A stretch of DNA of 64,000 bases. Source: an uncultured bacterium. Lineage in GTDB: Bacteria; Actinomycetota; Acidimicrobiia; Spongiisociales; UBA5794. Positions 55,695 through 64,000 of this stretch are shown here, one piece after another. Below the pieces are notes generated by a model that saw nothing but the letters and a program-made list of their open reading frames with translations, ran no database searches and was not told the origin of the DNA. A program made the position numbers and the translations under genes. The stretch is from positions 64,001 to 128,000 of the forward strand of contig CAWDDT010000010.1 in the NCBI GenBank assembly GCA_963801165.1, in the 5' to 3' direction. Position 1 is the stretch's first letter; each line of letters begins with the position of its first letter.

Positions 55695-56197
55695 GGGACC
55701 AGCCGTTCGAGTTCCACCTCGGCGATCTACGCTCCGGCAGGTCCGCACCACGCACGCTCAGTGGCCGGGTTGCCGTCGACTGGCGTGTCGAGCTGTCACG
55801 GGTCCTCACCGAACCGCCTTTATTCTTCGAGCTCGAGGTGGCGCAGGTCCCCGGTGGCATGTCTGTGTCCGGCGTCATCGAGGCGGCGCTGGCGCATAGC
55901 TGCTACCGCTGCCTCACTGAATGGACCGAAGAGGTCGTCCGCGATGTTGCCCAGATGCTGGTCAGCGGGGGCGATGAGGACGACGACTACCGGATCACAA
56001 GTGACACATACGACTTCGAGGATATGATCCGTGACGAGTTGATGTTGTCGCTTCCAATCGCCCCACTATGCGGTCCCGATTGTGAGGGACTTGTTGTGGA
56101 GGCGGGAAGCGACTTGAATACGAATCTCTCCGAAGACGAGGCTGTTTCCGGCTCGCCCTTTTCGGTTCTCAAAGATCTATTGGATAGTGGGGAATGA
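55691..56197 (+). CDS. yceD: YceD/DUF177 family protein
   Basis: CYRCL and LCGPDCEGL; upstream of rpmF. Confidence 0.85.
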   Translation: MRDQPFEFHLGDLRSGRSAPRTLSGRVAVDWRVELSRVLTEPPLFFELEVAQVPGGMSVSGVIEAALAHSCYRCLTEWTEEVVRDVAQMLVSGGDEDDDYRITSDTYDFEDMIRDELMLSLPIAPLCGPDCEGLVVEAGSDLNTNLSEDEAVSGSPFSVLKDLLDSGE

Positions 56198-56218
56198 TCC
56201 CCGAAGGACGAGGCTCCC

Positions 56219-56392
56219 ATGGCGGTCCCAAAGAAGAAGATGTCGCGCTCCCGTACCCGGCGGCGTAAGGCCGAATGGAAGGTGACTGCGCCCGCCACCG
56301 TCGCATGTCAGCGGTGTGGCTCACAGCACCTTCCGCACCGGGTGTGCCCTAACTGCGGCACCTACGATGGGCGCGAGGTAATCGAGACCTAG
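56219..56392 (+). CDS. rpmF: 50S ribosomal protein L32 (57 aa; absent from ORF track)
   Basis: MAVPKKKMSRSRTRRRKA...CQRCG...PHRVCPNCGTYDGREV. Confidence 0.97.
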   Translation: MAVPKKKMSRSRTRRRKAEWKVTAPATVACQRCGSQHLPHRVCPNCGTYDGREVIET

Positions 56393-56408
56393 ACAGGACG
56401 CAGATACC

Positions 56409-57392
56409 GTGGCCACCATCGCTATCGATGCCATGGGCGGCGACAACGCCCCCGAGGAGATCGTCCACGGTGGTGTCGATGCGTCGGCTCGCGGTCATGA
56501 CGTTGTGCTCGTCGGCGACCGTGCCCGGATCGAGCCGATTCTGACCGCGGCGGGCGCGGACATTCGCATCGTTCACGCCAGCGAGATGATCGAGATGTCG
56601 GACGATCCCGCGGTGGCGATCCGGGAGAAACGCGACGCATCGATTTCGGTCTCGGCCCGGCTCGTCAAGACGGGTGAAGTCGACGGTCTGGTCTCGGCAG
56701 GCTCGACCGGGGCCGCGCTCGCAGCGGCAACTTTCATGATCGGGAGGCTCCCGGGTGTCTCCCGTCCCGCAATTGCCTCGTATTTCCCGTCCGGCTCCGT
56801 CGTCATCGACATGGGCGCCAACCTCTCGGTGCGACCCACCGATCTCGTTCAGTTTGCGGTGATGGGCGCCGCGCTCGCCCGGGCTCACTACGGCGTTGCC
56901 GAGCCGACCGTAGGTCTGCTCAATATCGGTTCCGAGGCCGGCAAAGGGCGAGTCCTCGAGAAGGACGCGTACGTCTTGCTCGAGAAATTCCCGGGTCTGG
57001 ACTTCATCGGCAACGTAGAGGGGACAGATCTGGCCAAGGCCAGATGCAACGTGATCGTCTGCGACGGCTACACGGGTAACGTCCTGCTGAAGACCGCCGA
57101 AGGCGTCGCCCGTATGGTTCTCGCGCTGGTCCTCGAGGCCGTGTCCGGTCCCGAGTACGCCGAGGCCGTACAGACCCTCGCTCCGGCCGTGTTCGGGTTA
57201 CGCGAGCGACTGAACCCCGAGAGACACGGCGGCGCACATCTGCTCGGTGTCAAGGGTGTCGTGGTGATCACGCACGGCTCTTCGACACGGGTGTCGATCA
57301 CCCATGCGGTCGATACCGCGGTGGAAGCAGCCGAGGGCAAGGTACCGGATATGATCGCTGCCGACCTGGCCGCCGGCCGGGGCTCGCAGTGA
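56409..57392 (+). CDS. plsX: Phosphate acyltransferase PlsX
   Basis: IAIDAMGGDNAP, VSAGSTGA, DMGAN, GNVEG, CDGYTGNVLLKTAEG. Confidence 0.95.
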   Translation: MATIAIDAMGGDNAPEEIVHGGVDASARGHDVVLVGDRARIEPILTAAGADIRIVHASEMIEMSDDPAVAIREKRDASISVSARLVKTGEVDGLVSAGSTGAALAAATFMIGRLPGVSRPAIASYFPSGSVVIDMGANLSVRPTDLVQFAVMGAALARAHYGVAEPTVGLLNIGSEAGKGRVLEKDAYVLLEKFPGLDFIGNVEGTDLAKARCNVIVCDGYTGNVLLKTAEGVARMVLALVLEAVSGPEYAEAVQTLAPAVFGLRERLNPERHGGAHLLGVKGVVVITHGSSTRVSITHAVDTAVEAAEGKVPDMIAADLAAGRGSQ

Positions 57393-58069
57393 CGGGCCCG
57401 ACCGAGCTCGAAACGGCGCTTGGCTACCGGTTCGCATCGAGCGACCTCGCCGCACTGGCGTTGACCCACCGATCGTATGCCGCAGAGCATGGGCTCGATG
57501 TCTCCTACGAGCGTCTCGAGTTTCTCGGCGATGCCGTCCTCCAGCTGGCGGTGACCCGACATCTGTACGACACCTATCCGCAGCTCGCCGAGGGCGAACT
57601 GGCCAAGGTACGGGCGGCGGTGGTCAACCAGAAGGCGCTTGCGATGATCGCCAGGCAGCTCGGCCTTGGGGACCATCTCCTGCTTGGTCAGGGCGAGATG
57701 CATTCCGGGGGGCGCGACAAGGACTCGATACTGGCCGATGTCGTCGAGTCGCTGCTTGGCGCCATCTACCTCGACGGTGGTTATCTGCCGGTCGCCACGA
57801 TCGTGCTCGATCTTCTGGTCCCGCAGATTGAGGAACGGGCGGCTGCGCCGGGCGAACTCGACTTCAAGACCCGACTGCAGGAGGAGCTTGCGCAGCAAGG
57901 TTTGCAGCCACGATATGAGATCAGTGAGAGCGGGCCCGACCATGCCAAGGAGTTCACTGCAGCGCTGTGGATCGACGGTGAGCTGGTAGCCAACGGCAGC
58001 GGGACGTCCAAGAAACGGGCGGAGCAGGCCGCCGCCGAGGTGGCCTCCGAGAAGTTGCACAGGGCCTGA
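57389..58069 (+). CDS. rnc: Ribonuclease III
   Basis: ERLEFLGDAVL signature plus dsRBD. Confidence 0.97.
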   Translation: MTGPTELETALGYRFASSDLAALALTHRSYAAEHGLDVSYERLEFLGDAVLQLAVTRHLYDTYPQLAEGELAKVRAAVVNQKALAMIARQLGLGDHLLLGQGEMHSGGRDKDSILADVVESLLGAIYLDGGYLPVATIVLDLLVPQIEERAAAPGELDFKTRLQEELAQQGLQPRYEISESGPDHAKEFTAALWIDGELVANGSGTSKKRAEQAAAEVASEKLHRA

Positions 58070-58072
58070 GCC

Positions 58073-58903
58073 GTGCCGGAGCTACCCGAAGTCGAGACGA
58101 CTCGTCGCAGTCTCGTACCAGTGCTGGAAGGTGCCGAGATCTCGGCCGTGGTGGTGGGGAGGCCCCGTATGGTCCGTCGGCAGGACAACGCTGATGATTT
58201 CGCACGGCGGTTGCTCGGGCAGCGGATCGAATCGGTCGGCAGACATGGGAAGTTCCTGCTGACCGACCTCGGTAACGGCATGATCTGGGTCACACATCTC
58301 GGTATGTCCGGTCGTATCAGCCTGGTCGATCACGATGCGCCCGTCGTCAAGCACTCGAATGTGATCGTGGCGCTTTCCGGTGGAACCGACTTTCGATTCG
58401 TTGATCCGCGCACCTTCGGATTCGTTGCCGTCTTCACTCCCGAAGAGCTGGCCGAGTCGTCGATGGGGAGGCTGGGACGCGATGCCCTCACTGATCTGCC
58501 CACGAGTCGCGAGCTCGCGGCGATGCTGGCCGGGAGGCAGGCGCCGATGAAGGCGCTGCTGCTCGACCAATCGTTGCTTGCGGGTATAGGCAACATCTAT
58601 GCCGACGAAAGCCTGCATCGAGCTGCGATCTCGCCGCTGCGAGCGGGAGGCGAACTCGACCGCGATGAGGTTGCACGCCTGCGCCGCGCGATAGCCACGA
58701 CCCTGCAGAACGCCCTGAGGTCGGGTGGTACCTCCCTCGACGATCTCGCCTACCTGCTTCCCGACGGGCGCACCGGGGACTACATGGCCCGGTTGCGCGC
58801 CTACGGCAGGGAAGGGGATCGGTGCCGCCGCTGTGGTGGGGAGATCGTCCGCACCCTCGTTCGTGCTCGGAGTTCGTTCTGGTGCCCGCAGTGCCAGACA
58901 TGA
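58073..58903 (+). CDS. mutM: Formamidopyrimidine-DNA glycosylase
   Basis: MPELPEVET, HLGMSG, GIGNIYADE, C-terminal zinc finger. Confidence 0.96.
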   Translation: MPELPEVETTRRSLVPVLEGAEISAVVVGRPRMVRRQDNADDFARRLLGQRIESVGRHGKFLLTDLGNGMIWVTHLGMSGRISLVDHDAPVVKHSNVIVALSGGTDFRFVDPRTFGFVAVFTPEELAESSMGRLGRDALTDLPTSRELAAMLAGRQAPMKALLLDQSLLAGIGNIYADESLHRAAISPLRAGGELDRDEVARLRRAIATTLQNALRSGGTSLDDLAYLLPDGRTGDYMARLRAYGREGDRCRRCGGEIVRTLVRARSSFWCPQCQT

Positions 58904-58968
58904 CCGATGCCGGTGAATGGCATGTGGTAATCACATTCGTGTGATTCGGTTGGTAAGCTCACGACACC

Positions 58969-61900
58969 GTGTTTCTCAAGACTCTATCTCTGGCCGGCTT
59001 CAAGTCCTTTGCCAATCGCACCCGTCTCGATTTCGAGGAGGGTGTGAACGTCGTGGTCGGGCCCAATGGCTCGGGCAAGTCAAACCTCCTCGACGCACTC
59101 GCCTGGGTGATGGGAACCCAGGCGACAAGGGCGCTGCGCACCGAGAAGATGGAAGACGTGATCTTCGCCGGGACCGCTACCCGGCCCGAGTTGGGCAGAG
59201 CCGAGGTCACGGTGACCTTCGACAACTCGGACGGTTTCCTTCCCATCTCGCTCAGCGAGGTCAGGATGACCCGTCGGTTGTTCCGCGATGGGAGCTCGGA
59301 GTACGAGCTGAACGGGGCCCCGTGCCGGCTTCTCGATCTCCATGAGCTGCTGTCGGATGGCGGCGTCGGCCGGAGCCAGCACGTCCTTGTCGGGCAGGGT
59401 CAAATCGGGTCGATCCTCAACGCCCGCCCTCTCGAGCACAGGGCGGTCATCGAAGAGGCGGCAGGCGTCACCAAACACAAGAACAGGCGGGATCGAGCGG
59501 TGCGCCGACTCGAGCAGACCGAGGTCGACCTGAACCGGCTCAACGACATACTCGATCAGCAGCGCTCCCGGTTGCGGCCGTTGAAACGACAAGCGAACGC
59601 TGCCGAGCGACACGGGTCGGTGAAGGCGGAGATAAGGGCGTTGCACCTGTGGATCGGGGCCGAGAAGTTGCGCACGCTGCGCCGGCGTAAGGCGGGTGCG
59701 TCCGCCGAGCATGCCACGCTCACCGCCGAGAGCGAGACCGACGGTGCCGAGCTACGCACGCTGCGTGACGAGCTCGGCGCGCTTCAGGGTGAGGCTACCG
59801 GGGTGGGCCGGGCACTCGAGCGTGATACCTCAGCGGCGGCGCGTCTAGAGACCGTGTTGGAGCGGTTCTCCCGGATCGCCATGGTCGCCCGGGAGCGCCG
59901 TCTCAGCCTGGAGAGCAGACAGCGCGGGGCCGGAGAGCGGCGCACCGACCTCATGCTGGAGGTCCGGCAACTCGAAGAGGACATCAAGACAACACGGGCC
60001 GCTGCCGAGAGCGCCGCGGCGCTCTCGGATGGCAGGGAATCCGCGCTGCGTCAACTCGAGGACGAGGAGCGCTCGCTTGCCGAGCAGATCCAGCTGCCGG
60101 CCGAGGGCGTTGTCGCCAACCTGCGGGGCGACCTGCGTTCCCTCGAGACCGCAGCAGAGCGTGATGCCCGCGAGGCAGAGGCGCTCGGCCGAAGGCGCGA
60201 GTTCATCGTGGCCCGCCTGGCCGAGGAGGAGACCGACGCCGACACCCTGATCGCTTCGATCCACGAAACCGACGCCGCGGTTACCGGAGCCCAGCGGGCC
60301 TATGCGGCGGCGAGCGAGGCTGCGGCAGCGAGCCGGGAGCGGCTCGAGAACCTGGATGGTATGCGGCGCGAGATGCAGATCGCGGTTGCCGGGGCGCGCG
60401 CTCACGTAGAGGCGTTGGAATCGGCGTTGGAGGGGCTGATTGACCCGGCGGCCCGGGAGCGAGCCAGCGGCGCGGATGGGGTGACGGGCACCCTGGTCGC
60501 CCGTCTAGACGTCCCGGTCGAACTGGCGCACGCGGTCGACGGTGCGCTCGGCCAGTGGCGGGACGCTCTCGCCATCCGCGATCGTTCATCGCTGCAGGAG
60601 GCCGTCTCCGGTTTGAAGGCCGAAGGACTGGGAGGTGTCGGTTTCGTCGTGAGCGGCGACGGTGCGCTAGCGCCGGCTCGGGCGGTTGCCGCGGAATGGG
60701 GTGTTGACGCCCTCGTCGACCTCCTCGGAGGGAACGCCGACATCGCGCTCGCGATCGGGTTGCTGGGCGATGTGGTGGTGGCCGAAGGTTGGTCGTCCGC
60801 CTGGGGCATCGTCTCGCGACACCCCGACGTGCGTGCCGTCACGCCTGAAGGTGACGTAATCACCGAGCGGGGGATGTGGCTGGCTCAGCCCGACGGGGCC
60901 GGCCCGGCGGCGCTCGAAGCCGCGGGCGTGAATCTCGAGGGAGCCGAGTTCGAACTGGCCCGCGCCGGGGCTCGTAGTGTTTCAGCCCAGCGGGAGTTCG
61001 ACGATCTCCGGCAGCGGGAGAGGAGCGCTCTCGAGGCCCTCGAGGAGCTCGAGGCGAGGCTGGCCGGGCACACCGAGGCTCTGGCACTGAACGAGCGGGC
61101 TCGGGCTGCAAGCGGTGAGGAACTCGAGCGAGTAGACGCCCGATCGGCCGCCATCGCTGCGGCCGAAACAGCCCGCATCGAGCGTCTCACTGAGTTGCGT
61201 AACCGGATCGAGGAGTTCGAGGGTGAGGAGCGGTCCCGCCAGCAGGCCTGGGAGGCCCTCACCCGGCGTCGCGACGAGGTCGCCAGACGTCGCGACGATG
61301 CCAGGCGGCTCAGTGAAGAAGTCACTCGTGAGCATGCCGGCGCCGTCGAGCGTCTTCGTATGCTGGAGAACCGGCTGGCGACCGCGCGCTCCGAACTGGC
61401 CGCGGCGGATGACAGCCCGATCGATCCCGACCACATCACCCGGTTGGACCGGATCGAAGCAGACGCCAAGCGCGCCATGGACGTTGTGCGCTCCCACGTG
61501 GCGGCGTTGCGGGGGCGGCAACTGGCGCTGCGCAGCGAGATGGGCGAGGCCGACGAGCGGCTGGCCGCGGCGTATGAGCGGCAGACCGAGCTCGAGACAC
61601 GCGTGACGACTGCGAGAGAGCGGATGTCGGCGCTCTCGATCGAACTGGCCGAGATAGCGGTGCGCGACGAGTCCGTGGCCGAGGGTCTCCGGCGTGACGC
61701 CGACGCCGGCGAAGATGTGGCTCTGGCGGCGCCCCGGCCCGACCTCGAAGATGAGGCGACGGCACAGGACAGGTTGCAGTCTTTGGAGGCACAGTTGCGG
61801 CGCATGGGGCCGATCAACCCCCTGGCCGCACAGGAGTATGAGGAGCTGGCTGCACATGTCGAGTTGCTCGAAAGTCAGCTCGGGGATCTCGAGGACTCTC

Positions 61901-62409
61901 GAGCCGAGCTTCGGAAGGTTATCAGGGCGCTCGATGACGAGATGGCAACGTTGTTCCATGAGGCGTATGAAGAGATCTCTGCCTTCTATGAGGAGAACTT
62001 CTCCCTTGTGTTCCCGGGCGGGAAGGGTCGGCTGACGCTCACGGATCCGGGAGAGCTCCTGGAGACCGGGGTCGACATCCAGGCCCAGCCGATGGGGAAG
62101 AAGGTGGGCAAGCTGAGCTTGCTGTCGGGTGGTGAGAAGTCCCTGGCGGCGCTGGCCTTCCTCTTTGCCGTGTTCCGCGCCCGCCCCTCGCCGTTCTACG
62201 TCCTCGATGAGGTCGAGGCTGCGCTGGATGACGCCAACCTGAGACGTTTCCTGCGGTTGGTCGACACCCTCAGGGAGAGCGCCCAGGTGATCATCATCAC
62301 CCACCAGCAGCAGACCATGCAGTCTGCCGACATCCTCTATGGCGTGACCATGGAGCCCGGTGAATCATCCAAGGTCATCGCCAAACGCCTCCACGAGCAT
62401 TCCACATAG
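58969..62409 (+). CDS. smc: Chromosome segregation protein SMC
   Basis: GFKSFA, VGPNGSGKSN, hinge and coiled coils, LSGGEKS, LDEVEAALDD. Confidence 0.95.
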   Translation: MFLKTLSLAGFKSFANRTRLDFEEGVNVVVGPNGSGKSNLLDALAWVMGTQATRALRTEKMEDVIFAGTATRPELGRAEVTVTFDNSDGFLPISLSEVRMTRRLFRDGSSEYELNGAPCRLLDLHELLSDGGVGRSQHVLVGQGQIGSILNARPLEHRAVIEEAAGVTKHKNRRDRAVRRLEQTEVDLNRLNDILDQQRSRLRPLKRQANAAERHGSVKAEIRALHLWIGAEKLRTLRRRKAGASAEHATLTAESETDGAELRTLRDELGALQGEATGVGRALERDTSAAARLETVLERFSRIAMVARERRLSLESRQRGAGERRTDLMLEVRQLEEDIKTTRAAAESAAALSDGRESALRQLEDEERSLAEQIQLPAEGVVANLRGDLRSLETAAERDAREAEALGRRREFIVARLAEEETDADTLIASIHETDAAVTGAQRAYAAASEAAAASRERLENLDGMRREMQIAVAGARAHVEALESALEGLIDPAARERASGADGVTGTLVARLDVPVELAHAVDGALGQWRDALAIRDRSSLQEAVSGLKAEGLGGVGFVVSGDGALAPARAVAAEWGVDALVDLLGGNADIALAIGLLGDVVVAEGWSSAWGIVSRHPDVRAVTPEGDVITERGMWLAQPDGAGPAALEAAGVNLEGAEFELARAGARSVSAQREFDDLRQRERSALEALEELEARLAGHTEALALNERARAASGEELERVDARSAAIAAAETARIERLTELRNRIEEFEGEERSRQQAWEALTRRRDEVARRRDDARRLSEEVTREHAGAVERLRMLENRLATARSELAAADDSPIDPDHITRLDRIEADAKRAMDVVRSHVAALRGRQLALRSEMGEADERLAAAYERQTELETRVTTARERMSALSIELAEIAVRDESVAEGLRRDADAGEDVALAAPRPDLEDEATAQDRLQSLEAQLRRMGPINPLAAQEYEELAAHVELLESQLGDLEDSRAELRKVIRALDDEMATLFHEAYEEISAFYEENFSLVFPGGKGRLTLTDPGELLETGVDIQAQPMGKKVGKLSLLSGGEKSLAALAFLFAVFRARPSPFYVLDEVEAALDDANLRRFLRLVDTLRESAQVIIITHQQQTMQSADILYGVTMEPGESSKVIAKRLHEHST

Positions 62410-62480
62410 GCCAGCACACTCCGGTTTCATGCGGACACTCGACGCCGCCGCGGCAGCCGATATCCGGAGTCCGATGGTGA

Positions 62481-62825
62481 TCAGGAGGTTCTGTCGCCCA
62501 TCGCGAGTGCGTCGCGCAGCACCGCCACCCGCTCTGGTACCACGCTGAACCAGGCCCACTTGCCGCGCTGTTCACGCTCGAGCAATCCGGCGTCGGCCAG
62601 GATCGAGAGATGGTGCGACACGGTGGGCTGGCTGCGTCCTACGGGTGTCGGGAGATCACAGGCGCACATCTCACCACCCGGTGCGCTGGCGATGAGACTG
62701 AGCAAGCGCAGCCGGATGGGATCGGAAAGGACCTTGAACGCGGCCGCGAGGTCATCGGCCTCGGCGGCGCCGACCGCGGTGACGAGCACCGGCTCGCAGC
62801 ATGGTTGGATCACGTTGACGTCCAT
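62481..62825 (-). CDS. arsR: ArsR/SmtB-family metalloregulator
   Basis: N-terminal PCC, FKVLSDPIRLRLL, EMCACDL, SQPTVSHHL; start ATG 62825. Confidence 0.88.
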   Translation of the reverse strand: MDVNVIQPCCEPVLVTAVGAAEADDLAAAFKVLSDPIRLRLLSLIASAPGGEMCACDLPTPVGRSQPTVSHHLSILADAGLLEREQRGKWAWFSVVPERVAVLRDALAMGDRTS

Positions 62826-62846
62826 GGCATCCACCTTACCAGACGT

Positions 62847-62898
62847 ATTGACGAACGTCGATGTGTCTGTTAACTTCATATCGAAGGTCATCTATATG
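62847..62898. promoter_or_regulatory. Putative ArsR operator region (imperfect palindromes)
   Basis: TTGACG-AA-CGTCGA and CATATCGA...TCTATATG between the divergent arsR and arsM units. Confidence 0.45.
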
Positions 62899-63081
62899 AG
62901 GAGGCAATCATGCGACTGCTTGCACGGACCGGACAACGGATGGCATCGGCGAAACTCGAGCGCGGAGTTCGGCGAAGCGTATGGCCAGGTGTGCGACTCG
63001 ACCTGCCGGGCCAACGCCCGCCGCGATGCCTGGATGACGGATGCCGCCCGGATCAGCGGCACCTATTCGAGGACGGTCTGA
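62896..63081 (+). CDS. Small Cys-containing ORF upstream of arsM (possibly frameshifted)
   Basis: GQVCDSTCRANARRD; its TGA overlaps the arsM ATG; the strong RBS precedes an out-of-frame ATG at 62910. Confidence 0.4.
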   Translation: MRRQSCDCLHGPDNGWHRRNSSAEFGEAYGQVCDSTCRANARRDAWMTDAARISGTYSRTV

Positions 63082-63827
63082 TGGCCGACTCGGGGCGACC
63101 CACCATCGACGACGTGAGGGAACGGTATGCAGACGCCGCAAACCGCGCCACCGACTCCTGCTGTGGCGACGATTGTTGTGCCGGTGACGAGGACTTCGGC
63201 TCCCGTCTCTACCGCGCCGAGGACATAGCGACCCTGCCGCGGAACGCGACGAACGCAAGCCTTGGTTGCGGCAATCCGATCGCCGTGGCCGAGCTACGCG
63301 AAGGGGAGACGGTGCTCGATCTCGGTTCGGGCGGAGGCATCGATGTTCTGCTGTCGGCGCGACGAGTCGGGCCGACGGGTTTCGTATACGGTCTCGACAT
63401 GACCGACGAGATGTTGGAGTTGGCTCGACACAACCAGCGTGACTCTGGCGTGGAGAATGTCGAGTTTCTGAAGGGCGTCATCGAGGAGATACCTCTTCCC
63501 AAGGACTCTGTCGACGTGGTGATCTCCAACTGCGTTATCAACCTCTCTCTGGACAAGCCGAAGGTCCTTGCCGAGATGGCGCGTGTGCTTCGTCCCGGGG
63601 GCCGAATCGGCATCACCGACGTGGTTGCGGACAATGGCCTCACCGATGCCGATCGCCGGGAGCGGGGGGACTGGGTCGGGTGCATTGCCGGAGCCCTGTC
63701 TTTCGAGGAGTACGAGAACGGGCTGCGCACGGCGGGATTCACCGACATCACGGTTGAGTCGTCCCACGTCGTCGCCGATGGCATGCACTCCGCAATCGTG
63801 CGCGCCGTGCGCCGTCCCCACGACTGA
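63081..63827 (+). CDS. arsM: Arsenite methyltransferase
   Basis: SCCGDDCC, SLGCGNP, LDLGSGGGID, ISNCVINL, WVGCIAGA. Confidence 0.9.
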   Translation: MADSGRPTIDDVRERYADAANRATDSCCGDDCCAGDEDFGSRLYRAEDIATLPRNATNASLGCGNPIAVAELREGETVLDLGSGGGIDVLLSARRVGPTGFVYGLDMTDEMLELARHNQRDSGVENVEFLKGVIEEIPLPKDSVDVVISNCVINLSLDKPKVLAEMARVLRPGGRIGITDVVADNGLTDADRRERGDWVGCIAGALSFEEYENGLRTAGFTDITVESSHVVADGMHSAIVRAVRRPHD

Positions 63828-63934
63828 GGCTACGTCGCTCTCTCCTGTGCGGGGCGGAAATGCTGCGCGAGACTCTGCTCGGACGATTCCGGGTAATCTG
63901 CAGGCGAGTCTGATCTGCCCCGGAGGGCCTATCA

Positions 63935-64000
63935 ATGGAGTGGTACTACGTCGTCGTCGCGCTCGCCCTGGTCGCGCTGGTCGCGTTCTTTGTCGTCCGC
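63935..64000 (+). CDS. N-terminal membrane anchor of a truncated CDS, possibly FtsY
   Basis: GGAGG RBS then MEWYYVVVALALVALVAFFVVR; ftsY commonly follows smc (inference only). Confidence 0.4.
   Translation, partial: MEWYYVVVALALVALVAFFVVR

Noticed and set aside
47322-57392. fabI and plsX as unusual for an actinobacterium
   Set aside because: Type II fatty-acid synthesis and PlsX in the rpmF-rnc cluster are ordinary housekeeping synteny
1-64000. Prophage, transposon or integrative element
   Set aside because: No integrase, transposase, reverse transcriptase, phage structural genes, tRNA attachment site or terminal inverted repeats recognised

Overview
GC-rich bacterial chromosome segment. 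Gene content (adnAB, DosRS-like system, DUF3097, rpmB-recG-rsmD-coaD-yceD-rpmF-plsX-rnc-mutM-smc) suggests Actinomycetota, probably Acidimicrobiia (inference). It contains a DosRS-like system with DosR-type boxes ahead of a B-family (ba3-type) heme-copper oxidase cluster that includes an unusual cytochrome b/Fe-S/MvhD/cytochrome c fusion and three SCO genes; a nurA-herA-sbcD-sbcC operon; adnAB plus a RecB-like nuclease; a frameshifted Met-repeat spondin lipoprotein; housekeeping genes; and an arsR/arsM islet. The most striking unexplained signal is a pair of putative large structured non-coding RNAs (about 750 nt at 42.1-42.9 kb and about 270 nt at 43.95-44.22 kb). Both are packed with UNCG/GNRA tetraloop hairpins, have identically spaced promoter elements and share a homologous 3' stem module. 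A second novelty is 17-bp tandem repeats that form chains of NTGA-coupled mini-ORFs between adjacent genes at two independent sites. All calls come from motif recognition by eye; no database searches or folding computations were run.
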